From an uncultured Acidobacteriota bacterium (GTDB lineage: Bacteria; Acidobacteriota; Terriglobia; Terriglobales; Acidobacteriaceae), in contig CAVPBQ010000004.1 in assembly GCA_963701925.1 (NCBI GenBank), positions 54,785 to 118,784 on the forward strand: a stretch of 64,000 nt of DNA, read 5' to 3'. Below the pieces are notes generated by a model, which worked only from the letters and a program-made list of their open reading frames with translations, did not search any database and was not told the DNA's origin. Made by a program: the position numbers and the translations under genes. The stretch's first letter is position 1. Each line of letters begins with the position of its first letter. Positions 56,154-64,000 of this stretch are shown here, in pieces.

Positions 56154-58724
56154 TTACGCGTGCTGCGCCGGGGCGGACGCGCTGGCCGCGGCTTCCGGCG
56201 GTGGCGGCGCTGGGCGCTCGTAGTCGCATTCTTTGTTGGGGCAGGCGATCACCGGACCAGCCTTCAAGTTTTTCTCAACCAGATATTCGCTGCCGCAGCT
56301 CGGACACTTTTCAGCAAGCGGCTTGCCTGCCGAGGTGAACTTGCACTTGGGATAATTCGAGCATCCGTAGAAGGTGTTGCCCTTGCGCGCACGTTTTTCG
56401 ACGAGGTCGCCGTCTTTGCAGTCGGGACACTTTACGCCAATGAAATTTTGCTTGACGTACTTGCATTCGGGATATCCGCTGCAGGTGGTGAACTCGCCGA
56501 AACGGCCGTGGCGGATCATCATATTGCGCCCGCATTTCGGGCAGAGTTCATCGAGCGGAATATCCGGAACTTTCTTTCCCTGATCGAGCCGCCGCGTAGT
56601 TTTGCAATCCGGATAACCCGTGCACGCCATGAACTGGCCGAAGCGCCCGCGCTTCAGCACCATCACGCGGCCGCAGTTCTCGCAATATTCCTCGGCCGCG
56701 CCCGTTTCCTGCATGTCGGCGGAGTCGAGATCGGGCAGGTTGATGGGATTCTCTTTGGTGAACTTGCAGGTATCCGGATCGTCTTTTTCGTAAGTACTGC
56801 AGGCGTAGAAGGACCCATGCTTTCCCCACTTGATGACCAGCGGCGCGCCGCACAGTTCGCACTTCTCGTCTGTGGGCTTTTCCATCCGCTTGATGTTCTC
56901 CATATGCTTTTCGGCATATTTGAGGTCCTTCTGAAATTTCTTATAGAAGTCGGCCATGGCGTCCTGCCACTTCTCTTTGCCTTCTTCTATTTCGTCGAGG
57001 TTCTCTTCCAGGCGCGCGGTGTACTGCAGGTCGAAGATGTCGCGGAAATTTTCCACCAGCAAGTCGGTGACGACCAAGCCGATCTCCGTCGGCGTGAACT
57101 TTCCTCCAATTTTCTGCACGTACTGCCGTTCTTGAATGGTGGTAAGAATCGCGGCATACGTGGATGGACGGCCGATACCGCGCTCTTCCAGCTCTTTCAC
57201 TAGTGACGCTTCGTTGAAGCGCGGAGGCGGTTCGGTGAAGTGCTGCTCGGGTTTCAATTCTCTGAGCGTGAGTTTCTCTCCCGCTTCGAGCACGGGCAGC
57301 TTGTGTTTCAGTTCTTCGTCCTCTTCGTCCTTGCCTTCCTTCGACTCTTCGTAGACTCTCAGGAAGCCGTCGAACTTGAGCACCGATCCGGTGACACGGA
57401 ACCAGAAAACTTCGGCGCCAGGCGTCGTTGCGGCCTTCGCGTCGATGTCGACGGTAGTCTGATCGAAGACCGCGGGGTTGATCTGCGAAGCGACGAAACG
57501 CTGCCAGATCAGCTTGTAGACTTTGAACTCATCTTCTTTTAAGTACTGCTTGATCTGGTCAGGATGCCGCATGGCCGAGGTAGGCCGGATGGCTTCGTGC
57601 GCGCCCTGCGAATCTTTCTTTTCTTTGAATGTGTTCGGCGCTTCGGGCAGGTAGGTTGGGCCGTATTCCTTGCCCACGTACTCGCGCACTTCCTGAATGG
57701 CCTCGGGGGCGACGCGGGTGGAATCGGTACGCATATAAGTAATGAGGCCGACCGAACCTTCCTCGCCGAGTTCGACGCCTTCATAGAGGCGCTGCGCGAT
57801 CATCATAGTGCGCTTGACGCTGAAGCGCAGCTTGCGGGAAGAATCCTGCTGCAGCTTGCTGGTGGTGAACGGAGGCGCGGCATTGCGGCGGCGTTCTTTT
57901 TTGTCGACGAAGCGAACAATCCAGTCGGCTTGTTCGAGCGCGGCACGGATTTTTTCCGCATCTTCGCCGTTAGTGACTTCGACCTTCTCTTCACCCTTGC
58001 CGACAAAGCGCGCGTCGAATGCCGGAGGCTTGCTGGCGGCGAGATGGGCGTCGATGGTCCAATATTCTTTTTTCTCGAACGCCTTGATCTCGCGTTCACG
58101 CTCGACGATCAGGCGGAGGGCGACGGTCTGCACACGTCCGGCGGAGAGCCCGCGACGGACCTTGTCCCAGAGCAGCGGAGAAACCTGATATCCGACGAGG
58201 CGATCAAGCACACGGCGGGCTTGCTGGGCGTCGACCAGATGCTGATCGATGGCTCGGGGATGTTCGAAGGCGGCCTGCACGGCGCGCTTGGTGATTTCGT
58301 TGAAGGTGACGCGCTGAATGCGTGGCGGCGCTGCTTCCTCACCCTTTTTCAGCTTCTTGGCTTTCTTTTTCTTGCCGCCGTTGTCATCGAGTTCGAAGGC
58401 GAGATGCGCGGCGATGGCTTCGCCTTCGCGGTCCGGGTCAGGCGCCAGATAGATATTGTCCGCGGATGCGGCCAGCTTCTTCAGCTTGGCGACAACTTTT
58501 TCTTTGCCGGGGATGACGATGTAATCCGTCTCGAAGTTATTCGTGGTATCGACGCCGAGAGTGCTCTTGGGCAGATCCTTGACGTGGCCGAGCGAGGCTT
58601 CGACGGTGAAACCTTTGCCAAGATATTTTTGAATGGTCTTCGCCTTGGCGGGCGATTCGACAATGACTAAACCTTTAGACAATTTTTCCTCAATCTCTGC
58701 AAGATTCGTTTTCGACGCTAGCAC
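56154..58724 (-). CDS. topA: DNA topoisomerase I
   Basis: LVIVESPAKAKTIQKYLG (TOPRIM), ITYMRTDS active-site Tyr region, four C-terminal CxxC...CxxC zinc ribbons. Confidence 0.95.
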   Translation of the reverse strand: MLASKTNLAEIEEKLSKGLVIVESPAKAKTIQKYLGKGFTVEASLGHVKDLPKSTLGVDTTNNFETDYIVIPGKEKVVAKLKKLAASADNIYLAPDPDREGEAIAAHLAFELDDNGGKKKKAKKLKKGEEAAPPRIQRVTFNEITKRAVQAAFEHPRAIDQHLVDAQQARRVLDRLVGYQVSPLLWDKVRRGLSAGRVQTVALRLIVEREREIKAFEKKEYWTIDAHLAASKPPAFDARFVGKGEEKVEVTNGEDAEKIRAALEQADWIVRFVDKKERRRNAAPPFTTSKLQQDSSRKLRFSVKRTMMIAQRLYEGVELGEEGSVGLITYMRTDSTRVAPEAIQEVREYVGKEYGPTYLPEAPNTFKEKKDSQGAHEAIRPTSAMRHPDQIKQYLKEDEFKVYKLIWQRFVASQINPAVFDQTTVDIDAKAATTPGAEVFWFRVTGSVLKFDGFLRVYEESKEGKDEEDEELKHKLPVLEAGEKLTLRELKPEQHFTEPPPRFNEASLVKELEERGIGRPSTYAAILTTIQERQYVQKIGGKFTPTEIGLVVTDLLVENFRDIFDLQYTARLEENLDEIEEGKEKWQDAMADFYKKFQKDLKYAEKHMENIKRMEKPTDEKCELCGAPLVIKWGKHGSFYACSTYEKDDPDTCKFTKENPINLPDLDSADMQETGAAEEYCENCGRVMVLKRGRFGQFMACTGYPDCKTTRRLDQGKKVPDIPLDELCPKCGRNMMIRHGRFGEFTTCSGYPECKYVKQNFIGVKCPDCKDGDLVEKRARKGNTFYGCSNYPKCKFTSAGKPLAEKCPSCGSEYLVEKNLKAGPVIACPNKECDYERPAPPPPEAAASASAPAQHA

Positions 58725-58766
58725 GAATGGGCGGAAACGGACAAGTTACTGGGAAAGAAGCTCCTG

Positions 58767-58784
58767 GCTCTTAGCCTTTAGCTC
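58767..58784. repeat. 18-bp inverted repeat, left arm of four-helix-bundle cassette
   Basis: GCTCTTAGCCTTTAGCTC is the exact reverse complement of 59190-59207. Built from TTAGC(C/T)(T/C) heptamers. Confidence 0.8.
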
Positions 58785-59175
58785 TTAGCTCCGAAACACT
58801 CGATCGCACTGTGCCTTTCACTCGCCCAGACAGCGCCGATAACATCCTCATCACTTCTTCCAAATCGGCCGTCAGGCGGGAAAACTCCACGGTCCCAAGG
58901 ATGCCAAGATCGCGACACAGCAGCAGATGATACGAAAGTTCGGCACCCGATCCCATAGCGATCTGGATGAATCTGCCCATCTCCCCGTCTGACCGCCGCC
59001 CGCACCCCTCCGCCAAGTTGGCAGGAATCGAGGAGCACGCCCGACGAACTTGGCTCGTCAACCCGTAGCGCTCGTCTTTTGGAAATAAACTCGACTGTTT
59101 GTAAACAGCGAGAGTGAGTTTGTGCGACTTCTCCCAAACCGTCAGGTCCTTGTAGTTCCGCACTATGTCCTCCAA
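58771..59175 (-). CDS. four-helix-bundle protein (23S rRNA intervening-sequence protein family)
   Basis: YKDLTVWEKSHKLTLAVYK ... ERYGLTSQVRRACSSIPANLAEGCGR ... AMGSGAELSYHLLL. Confidence 0.85.
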   Translation of the reverse strand: MEDIVRNYKDLTVWEKSHKLTLAVYKQSSLFPKDERYGLTSQVRRACSSIPANLAEGCGRRSDGEMGRFIQIAMGSGAELSYHLLLCRDLGILGTVEFSRLTADLEEVMRMLSALSGRVKGTVRSSVSELRAKG

Positions 59176-59189
59176 AACAAAAGCAGATT

Positions 59190-59207
59190 GAGCTAAAGGC
59201 TAAGAGC
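59190..59207. repeat. 18-bp inverted repeat, right arm
   Basis: GAGCTAAAGGCTAAGAGC, continuing as heptamers GAGCTAA AGGCTAA GAGCTAA TAGCTAA. Confidence 0.8.
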
Positions 59208-59213
59208 TAATAG

Positions 59214-60422
59214 CTAAAAGCTTTTTACGAAATTCTTTCCGGGCATTTGGCGGACTTTGCCGGTGAGTTCCAGTTCGAAGAGGGCGGCGAAAATTTCTGA
59301 AGACGAGAGTTCTGTCTCCAGCTTTTCGACGAGCTGATCGATGTGGGTGGCTTCGTCGGCTTTGAGCAGGCTCAGGATTCGCTTTTCGTGAGGAGGAAGC
59401 CCTTCATCCGAAAATAGAGATGCGGAGGAGGTGCCAGAGGATTCAGGGGAGGAGGTGGGAGTCAACGCAAGTCGTACATCTGTCGGGAGATCCTCCCACA
59501 CGTCTTCCCATGTCGCAACCAGCTTGGCGCCCTGTTTGATGAGTGTGTTCGGACCCCAGGAATTCTTGTTGGTGACGTTGCCGGGCACGGCGAAAACATC
59601 TCGATTCTGCTCGAGGGCGCAGCGCGCAGTGATGCGCGTGCCGGAATATTCGGCGGCTTCGACGACCAGCACACCGATCGACATGCCGCTGAGAATGCGG
59701 TTGCGGATGGGAAAATTCTGCGGAGCTGGAAAAGTGCCGATGGGAAATTCGGAGATCAGAGAGCCGCCGAGGGCAAGAATCTGCTCGGACAGCCGCGAAT
59801 TTTCTTTGGGATAAATCACATCGACGCCGGTGCCGAATACGGCGGCGGTTTTGCCCTTGGCGGTGATGGCGCCGCGATGGCTGGCGGTATCGACGCCGCG
59901 GGCCATGCCGCTGAGAATGACGAGGCCTTGCGCGGCCAGATCGCAGGCCAGGCGCTCGGCCATGCCAGAGCCGTAGGGCGTGGGATGGCGCGTGCCGACC
60001 ATGGCGATGCCGGGCTTGGTCAGGACTTCAGTATTGCCGCGAATATAAAGGACCAGCGGCGGGTCGTAGATTTCTTTCAGCCGGGGCGGATAAAACGGGT
60101 CATCAAGAGAGAGTACGGTGACGCCGGCGGCGGCGGCGCGGGCGATCTCTTCGCGGGCGAGTTCGGCGGATTTTCCCGTGGCAATGGACTGTGCGGAAAC
60201 CGCGCGAATCCCGGCAGCCTCGAGTTCGGTCAATGACGCACGGAAAACGGCTTCTGGGCCGCCGAAATGCTCGATCAGCTTCCGGCCCTTGGTGGGTCCC
60301 ATGCCCTGGGTCAAGGAAATGGCAAGCCACTCCAGCAAGTGCGTGGCGGACGGAGATATGGCGAGGCTCGACATGGCCGACAGCGGACTGTACTGAGCGG
60401 GCGAGGACGGCGTCAAGGTCAC
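59214..60422 (-). CDS. dprA: DNA-processing protein DprA
   Basis: IAMVGTRHPTPYGSGMAERLACDLAAQGLVILSGMARGVDTASHRGA. Confidence 0.9.
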   Translation of the reverse strand: MTLTPSSPAQYSPLSAMSSLAISPSATHLLEWLAISLTQGMGPTKGRKLIEHFGGPEAVFRASLTELEAAGIRAVSAQSIATGKSAELAREEIARAAAAGVTVLSLDDPFYPPRLKEIYDPPLVLYIRGNTEVLTKPGIAMVGTRHPTPYGSGMAERLACDLAAQGLVILSGMARGVDTASHRGAITAKGKTAAVFGTGVDVIYPKENSRLSEQILALGGSLISEFPIGTFPAPQNFPIRNRILSGMSIGVLVVEAAEYSGTRITARCALEQNRDVFAVPGNVTNKNSWGPNTLIKQGAKLVATWEDVWEDLPTDVRLALTPTSSPESSGTSSASLFSDEGLPPHEKRILSLLKADEATHIDQLVEKLETELSSSEIFAALFELELTGKVRQMPGKNFVKSF

Positions 60423-60474
60423 ACGTCACATCCGGTTTGTTAATATTGTGGAAAGCTCGAATAAATGAGGAAGA

Positions 60475-61338
60475 ATGCGTCGTTTGCGGATTTCCGCCAT
60501 TTCCTACCTGAATACCGCGCCGCTGATGTGGGATTTCGAGCATAGCGGAACCCACCCTTTCGCAAGAAACGCGAAAGGATGGGCCACCCAGTTCGATATT
60601 TCCTACACTTTGCCTTCGGCTTGTGCCGGCGCGCTGGCTGAAGGCCGCGCAGATATTGGGATCATTCCGGCTGCGGCGTACCCGCAGATACCGGGGTTGC
60701 AAGTGCTTCCCGATGTTGCGATCGCTTCGCGGCGGGCGGTACGGTCGATTCTGCTGGTCAGCCGCATGCCGATTGAAAAAGTGCGCACGGTCGCGCTGGA
60801 TACGTCTTCCATGACGTCGGTGGCGTTGACGAAGATTCTGTTCGAGAAGTGGCTCGGCGGCGGACGAACGTTTACCTCGATGGCGCCTGATATTGAGCAG
60901 ATGCTGGCCGCGTGCGACGCCGGTTTGGTCATCGGCGATCCAGCGCTGCAGATTGATCGAAGGCGTTATAACACGCTCGACCTGGCGGAAGAATGGATTC
61001 GCTATACGGGCAAGCCGTTTGTGTTTGCGTTCTGGGCGGTGCGTGGGGATACGTTGAGCGAGGCCGATCCGTCGGTCGATTTGGCGGCTGTATTTCGCGA
61101 TTCCCGCGATCACGGGCTCGCACCTTCCAGCCTGCAGTTGATCGCCGAGGATTGGGCACCCAAACTGGGGATCAGTCAGGCTGACGTGCAGTCTTACCTG
61201 ACGGAGAACATTCACTATCAACTCGATGCCGACTGCCTTGAAGGGCTACGATTGTTTTATCGCTACGGGGCCGAGGTTGGGGCGCTGCCAGCGGCGCCGG
61301 AGTTGCGGTTTGTCCAAAGTGTGACGGCAGGCGCGTAA
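60475..61338 (+). CDS. mqnA: chorismate dehydratase (futalosine pathway)
   Basis: LRISAISYLNTAPLMW N-terminus typical of MqnA; PBP-like fold length. Confidence 0.75.
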   Translation: MRRLRISAISYLNTAPLMWDFEHSGTHPFARNAKGWATQFDISYTLPSACAGALAEGRADIGIIPAAAYPQIPGLQVLPDVAIASRRAVRSILLVSRMPIEKVRTVALDTSSMTSVALTKILFEKWLGGGRTFTSMAPDIEQMLAACDAGLVIGDPALQIDRRRYNTLDLAEEWIRYTGKPFVFAFWAVRGDTLSEADPSVDLAAVFRDSRDHGLAPSSLQLIAEDWAPKLGISQADVQSYLTENIHYQLDADCLEGLRLFYRYGAEVGALPAAPELRFVQSVTAGA

Positions 61339-61471
61339 ATTCTCTTTCGCTCTTTCAGGGCTTGGTCCTTTTTGCGGTTATCACCCAGGGCTGCGCCCTG
61401 GCTGTATTCTTTCGGCGCTTCGCAGCTTGAGGCACTGAGCCTTACGCAGAGGTGCCATGCCAACGAAAATC

Positions 61472-61729
61472 CTAGAATCGCCCTAGCTTATCGAGCACCT
61501 CCAACTCGTCGTCGCTGCGGTGCAGCCATATCGCCAGAGTGCACCAAAACAACGCGATGACGGTTGTCGTCGCCAGCCGTATGTAAAACCGCATGCGCCA
61601 CTCATTCGCATTGGCGAACGGATAGGCCGTCATCCATGAATCGAACAACACCTGATACAGGCTGATTAGTCCCCCAACCGTCAGTAATACCAAGGCAACA
61701 CTTGCCCAGAAGATCTTCGGACGCGCCAT
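61472..61729 (-). CDS. small membrane protein
   Basis: 85 aa from MARPKIF, two hydrophobic helices. Confidence 0.4.
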   Translation of the reverse strand: MARPKIFWASVALVLLTVGGLISLYQVLFDSWMTAYPFANANEWRMRFYIRLATTTVIALFWCTLAIWLHRSDDELEVLDKLGRF

Positions 61730-61774
61730 TACGGACCTCCTTCTGCCGTCCGCACATACCAAAGCGACTCGCCT

Positions 61775-64000
61775 TTATGGGTTCAGCCCCATTTTCCGCA
61801 TGGTTTCGATGTAGCGCGGATCGGAGCGCAACGGGTCAAACTCCGGGCCGCGGATGAAGTCGCCGACCAAATCTCCATTTTCATAGCCTGACTCCAGCGC
61901 CTGAAAAGCCACTTCGCGGTTCGTACTCGCGCAGGCCAGGGCTGACGATGGCATTCTGTCGGCTCCGAGGATTGCCTGATTCAACGTGCAATATCCCTTG
62001 GCATCAGGAGTCACCGACACACGCCCGACGAGTTCCTCCAACTTCTGCATCTCGCCCACCGCCTCTGTATAGCGACCCATTGCGGCCAACACGTGCGAAA
62101 ATTTAAAATGCCCCGGCCCAAATTTCGGATCCTGATTTATCACTTTTTGGAATTGAGCTAGAGATTCGTCATAGTGGTGCGCCACCATCAGGGTCCAGCC
62201 GTAATTGGTATTGATGATCGGGGAGAGCGGGTCCAGAGAAAGCGCGGTGCGAAATTCCGCCAGCGCCTCGTCCGCCCGGTTTTCGGGCACTAACACCAGG
62301 AACGCATAGAAATAATGCGCATTGGCATTGTTGGGATTGATCTCGATGGCCCGGCGGAATTCGCTCTCGGCCTCACTCCAGCGCCAGGCAGACGCCAGCG
62401 CGGAAGCAAGCGAATTGTGGGCTTCAGAGAGTGAACCGTCCAGCTGCACAGCCTTGCGTGAGGCGTCATCGGAAAGCGCAATCGACTGCTTCGAGCCGAT
62501 ACCGATGTCATAGCTTGGGGCCACGCCATAGGTGTCGGCCAGTCCGGCATAGGCGAGGGCGTAATTAGGATCGGCGGCGATCGCCTGCTGGAATAATTCG
62601 ATGCTCTTTTTCAGGCCCTGCTGCGTGCGCCCAGCCCACTGCTGGCGGCCTTCCAGATAGAGGCGGTAGGCTTCTGCGTTGCTGGTTCCGGCCTTGCCCA
62701 GTTTCTGTTCCTCCTCCCCGCTGATCTGCAGGTGCAGGCTTTTGGAAACGTCGCGGGTGATATCGCTTTGCACCTGCGTAATGTCCGCCTGCTTGCGAGT
62801 GAATTGCGCTCCCCAAATTTCGCTGCCGTCGGCGGAATTGACGAGTTCGGCGTGAATGCCGAGTTCGTCCCCATGCTGCGTGATGCGTCCGGTTAGCACG
62901 GCTGCCACTTGCAGGGTTTGCCCAACCTTCTGGGGATCGTCCTGGCTGTTCTTGAAGCGGAAGACCGTGCTGCGTGCCATAACCTTCATGCCCGGAAGGC
63001 GGGAAAGCGCGCTGATCAGGCTCTCCGTCAAGCCATCGCTGAGGTATTCTTTGTTCGCGTCGGCGGTGGCATTGGTGAACGGCAGGACCGCGATGGAAGA
63101 GATTTTGTTGGCTTCGGTCCTGAGCCGCAGCCAGTACGCTCCGGCCGCAATCACGGCCAATAGTGCGGCGACGCCGGCCCACAAAAGCCAGCGCGAATTC
63201 TTGGCTGCGGGCACATTGACCGCGGAGCCTGCACCTGAAGATTGGGAAACGTCGGCCGCGGAGGATCGTCCGGAGTCCAGATCGCGCTTCAGTCGCGAGA
63301 GATCCGCCCGCAGGTCAGCTGCATTCTGATAGCGCAGGTTGCGATCTTTTTCGAGGGCCTTGTGGATGATGCGGTCCAACTCCGCAGGCAGATCTGGATT
63401 CAGCCGCATCGCCGGAGGGGGTGCGGCATCGAGGATCGCCTTGAAAATGACGGCTGAACTTTCTCCGCGAAACGGCAGGATCCCGGTAGCCATCTCGTAG
63501 AGAACCACGCCGAAAGAGAAAAGATCGCTGCGGGCGTCGAGTTCTTTGGCACGCGCCTGCTCCGGGGACATGTAAGCAACCGTGCCCAGAGTTGAGCCCG
63601 GACTGGTCAACTGCGGGCCATCGAGGGTACGGGTTTGCGTGTTGCCGGAAGTGGAGGAAGGATTCGCAACTTCCACCTTGGCCAGGCCGAAATCCAGAAT
63701 CTTGGCGTGACCGCGCGCGGTTACGAAAATATTTGCGGGCTTGATGTCGCGGTGAATGATTCCCTTGGAGTGCGCCGCCTCCAGAGCGTCGGCGATCTCG
63801 ACCGCCAGCGTCAGCAGCACTTCCTTGTCGAGCGGTTGCGCGTTGATGCGGTGCTTGAGCGTGGAGCCATCCAGAAATTCCATGGCGATGAACATGCGCT
63901 CGCCGCTCTTGGCGATCTCATAAATGGTGCAGATGTTGGGATGGTTCAGGGAAGATGCGGCCCGCGCCTCGCGGCGGAAACGCTCGAGCGCCTGCGGATC
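61775..64000 (-). CDS. Ser/Thr protein kinase with TM and C-terminal TPR repeats (5' end outside window)
   Basis: [26 protein letters not shown]. The frame stays open to position 64000 (…[23 protein letters not shown]…). Confidence 0.85.
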   Translation of the reverse strand, partial: DPQALERFRREARAASSLNHPNICTIYEIAKSGERMFIAMEFLDGSTLKHRINAQPLDKEVLLTLAVEIADALEAAHSKGIIHRDIKPANIFVTARGHAKILDFGLAKVEVANPSSTSGNTQTRTLDGPQLTSPGSTLGTVAYMSPEQARAKELDARSDLFSFGVVLYEMATGILPFRGESSAVIFKAILDAAPPPAMRLNPDLPAELDRIIHKALEKDRNLRYQNAADLRADLSRLKRDLDSGRSSAADVSQSSGAGSAVNVPAAKNSRWLLWAGVAALLAVIAAGAYWLRLRTEANKISSIAVLPFTNATADANKEYLSDGLTESLISALSRLPGMKVMARSTVFRFKNSQDDPQKVGQTLQVAAVLTGRITQHGDELGIHAELVNSADGSEIWGAQFTRKQADITQVQSDITRDVSKSLHLQISGEEEQKLGKAGTSNAEAYRLYLEGRQQWAGRTQQGLKKSIELFQQAIAADPNYALAYAGLADTYGVAPSYDIGIGSKQSIALSDDASRKAVQLDGSLSEAHNSLASALASAWRWSEAESEFRRAIEINPNNANAHYFYAFLVLVPENRADEALAEFRTALSLDPLSPIINTNYGWTLMVAHHYDESLAQFQKVINQDPKFGPGHFKFSHVLAAMGRYTEAVGEMQKLEELVGRVSVTPDAKGYCTLNQAILGADRMPSSALACASTNREVAFQALESGYENGDLVGDFIRGPEFDPLRSDPRYIETMRKMGLNP

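Noticed and set aside
55668-57203. 511-aa plus-strand ORF
   Set aside because: It lies entirely antisense to topA and to the 55680..56138 gene. The sequence is low-complexity and Arg/Ala/Gly-rich, typical of shadow ORFs in high-GC DNA, whereas topA motifs on the other strand are unambiguous.
58785-59221. Heptamer arrays (TTAGCTC / GAGCTAA) as a mini CRISPR-like or satellite array
   Set aside because: Only 3-4 contiguous 7-bp units occur at each side, with no spacers. They form the arms of the inverted repeat around the four-helix-bundle gene rather than an array.
60103-61221. 372-aa minus-strand ORF
   Set aside because: It overlaps dprA in another frame and is antisense to mqnA. The composition is extremely Arg-rich, so it is a shadow ORF. 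The same reasoning applies to 10178..11101, 13270..14151, 15123..15923, 57564..58670 and similar entries in the ORF track.

Overview
High-GC bacterial chromosomal segment. The gene content and short palindromic repeat families resemble Acidobacteriota/Terriglobia, but that is an inference, not a search result. All calls come from reading motifs in the supplied ORF translations and the DNA; no database search was run. I support about 60 protein genes, mostly housekeeping. They include a cell-wall cluster (AmiC-like amidase, SLT lytic transglycosylase, divergent GT51-like protein), holB-tmk and secreted peptidases (M61, M28/transferrin-receptor-like, M48 fused to beta-propellers). There is also an rpsP-KH-rimM-trmD-rplS-rnhB operon, a thiolase and a complete F420 biosynthesis cluster (cofG-cofD-cofC-cofE-cofH plus npdG). 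Other genes include msrB, bactofilin, an ABC-F ATPase, a solitary nuoB, a DUF1800/DUF1501 pair, a GAF-HD-GYP protein, futalosine-pathway genes (mqnA and an mqnD-like gene), bioY, topA, dprA and a 5'-truncated Ser/Thr kinase at the window edge. I saw no rRNA, tRNA or CRISPR array. Accessory content is limited: one intact IS1-family element with a target-site duplication and a coupled passenger ORF, and a four-helix-bundle gene cassette with perfect inverted repeats between dprA and topA. Several families of short GC-rich palindromic repeats are also present, one copy read through in frame inside a peptidase gene. I do not see a convincing multi-gene novel system such as a defence island. The best candidates for unexplored biology are the IS1 passenger ORF, the exonised repeat, the dprA/topA cassette, an orphan PD-(D/E)xK-like protein, a pair of uncharacterised 152-aa paralogs and the F420 cluster lacking an FbiB-type reductase domain. 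The DUF1800/DUF1501 module is a further, weaker candidate.
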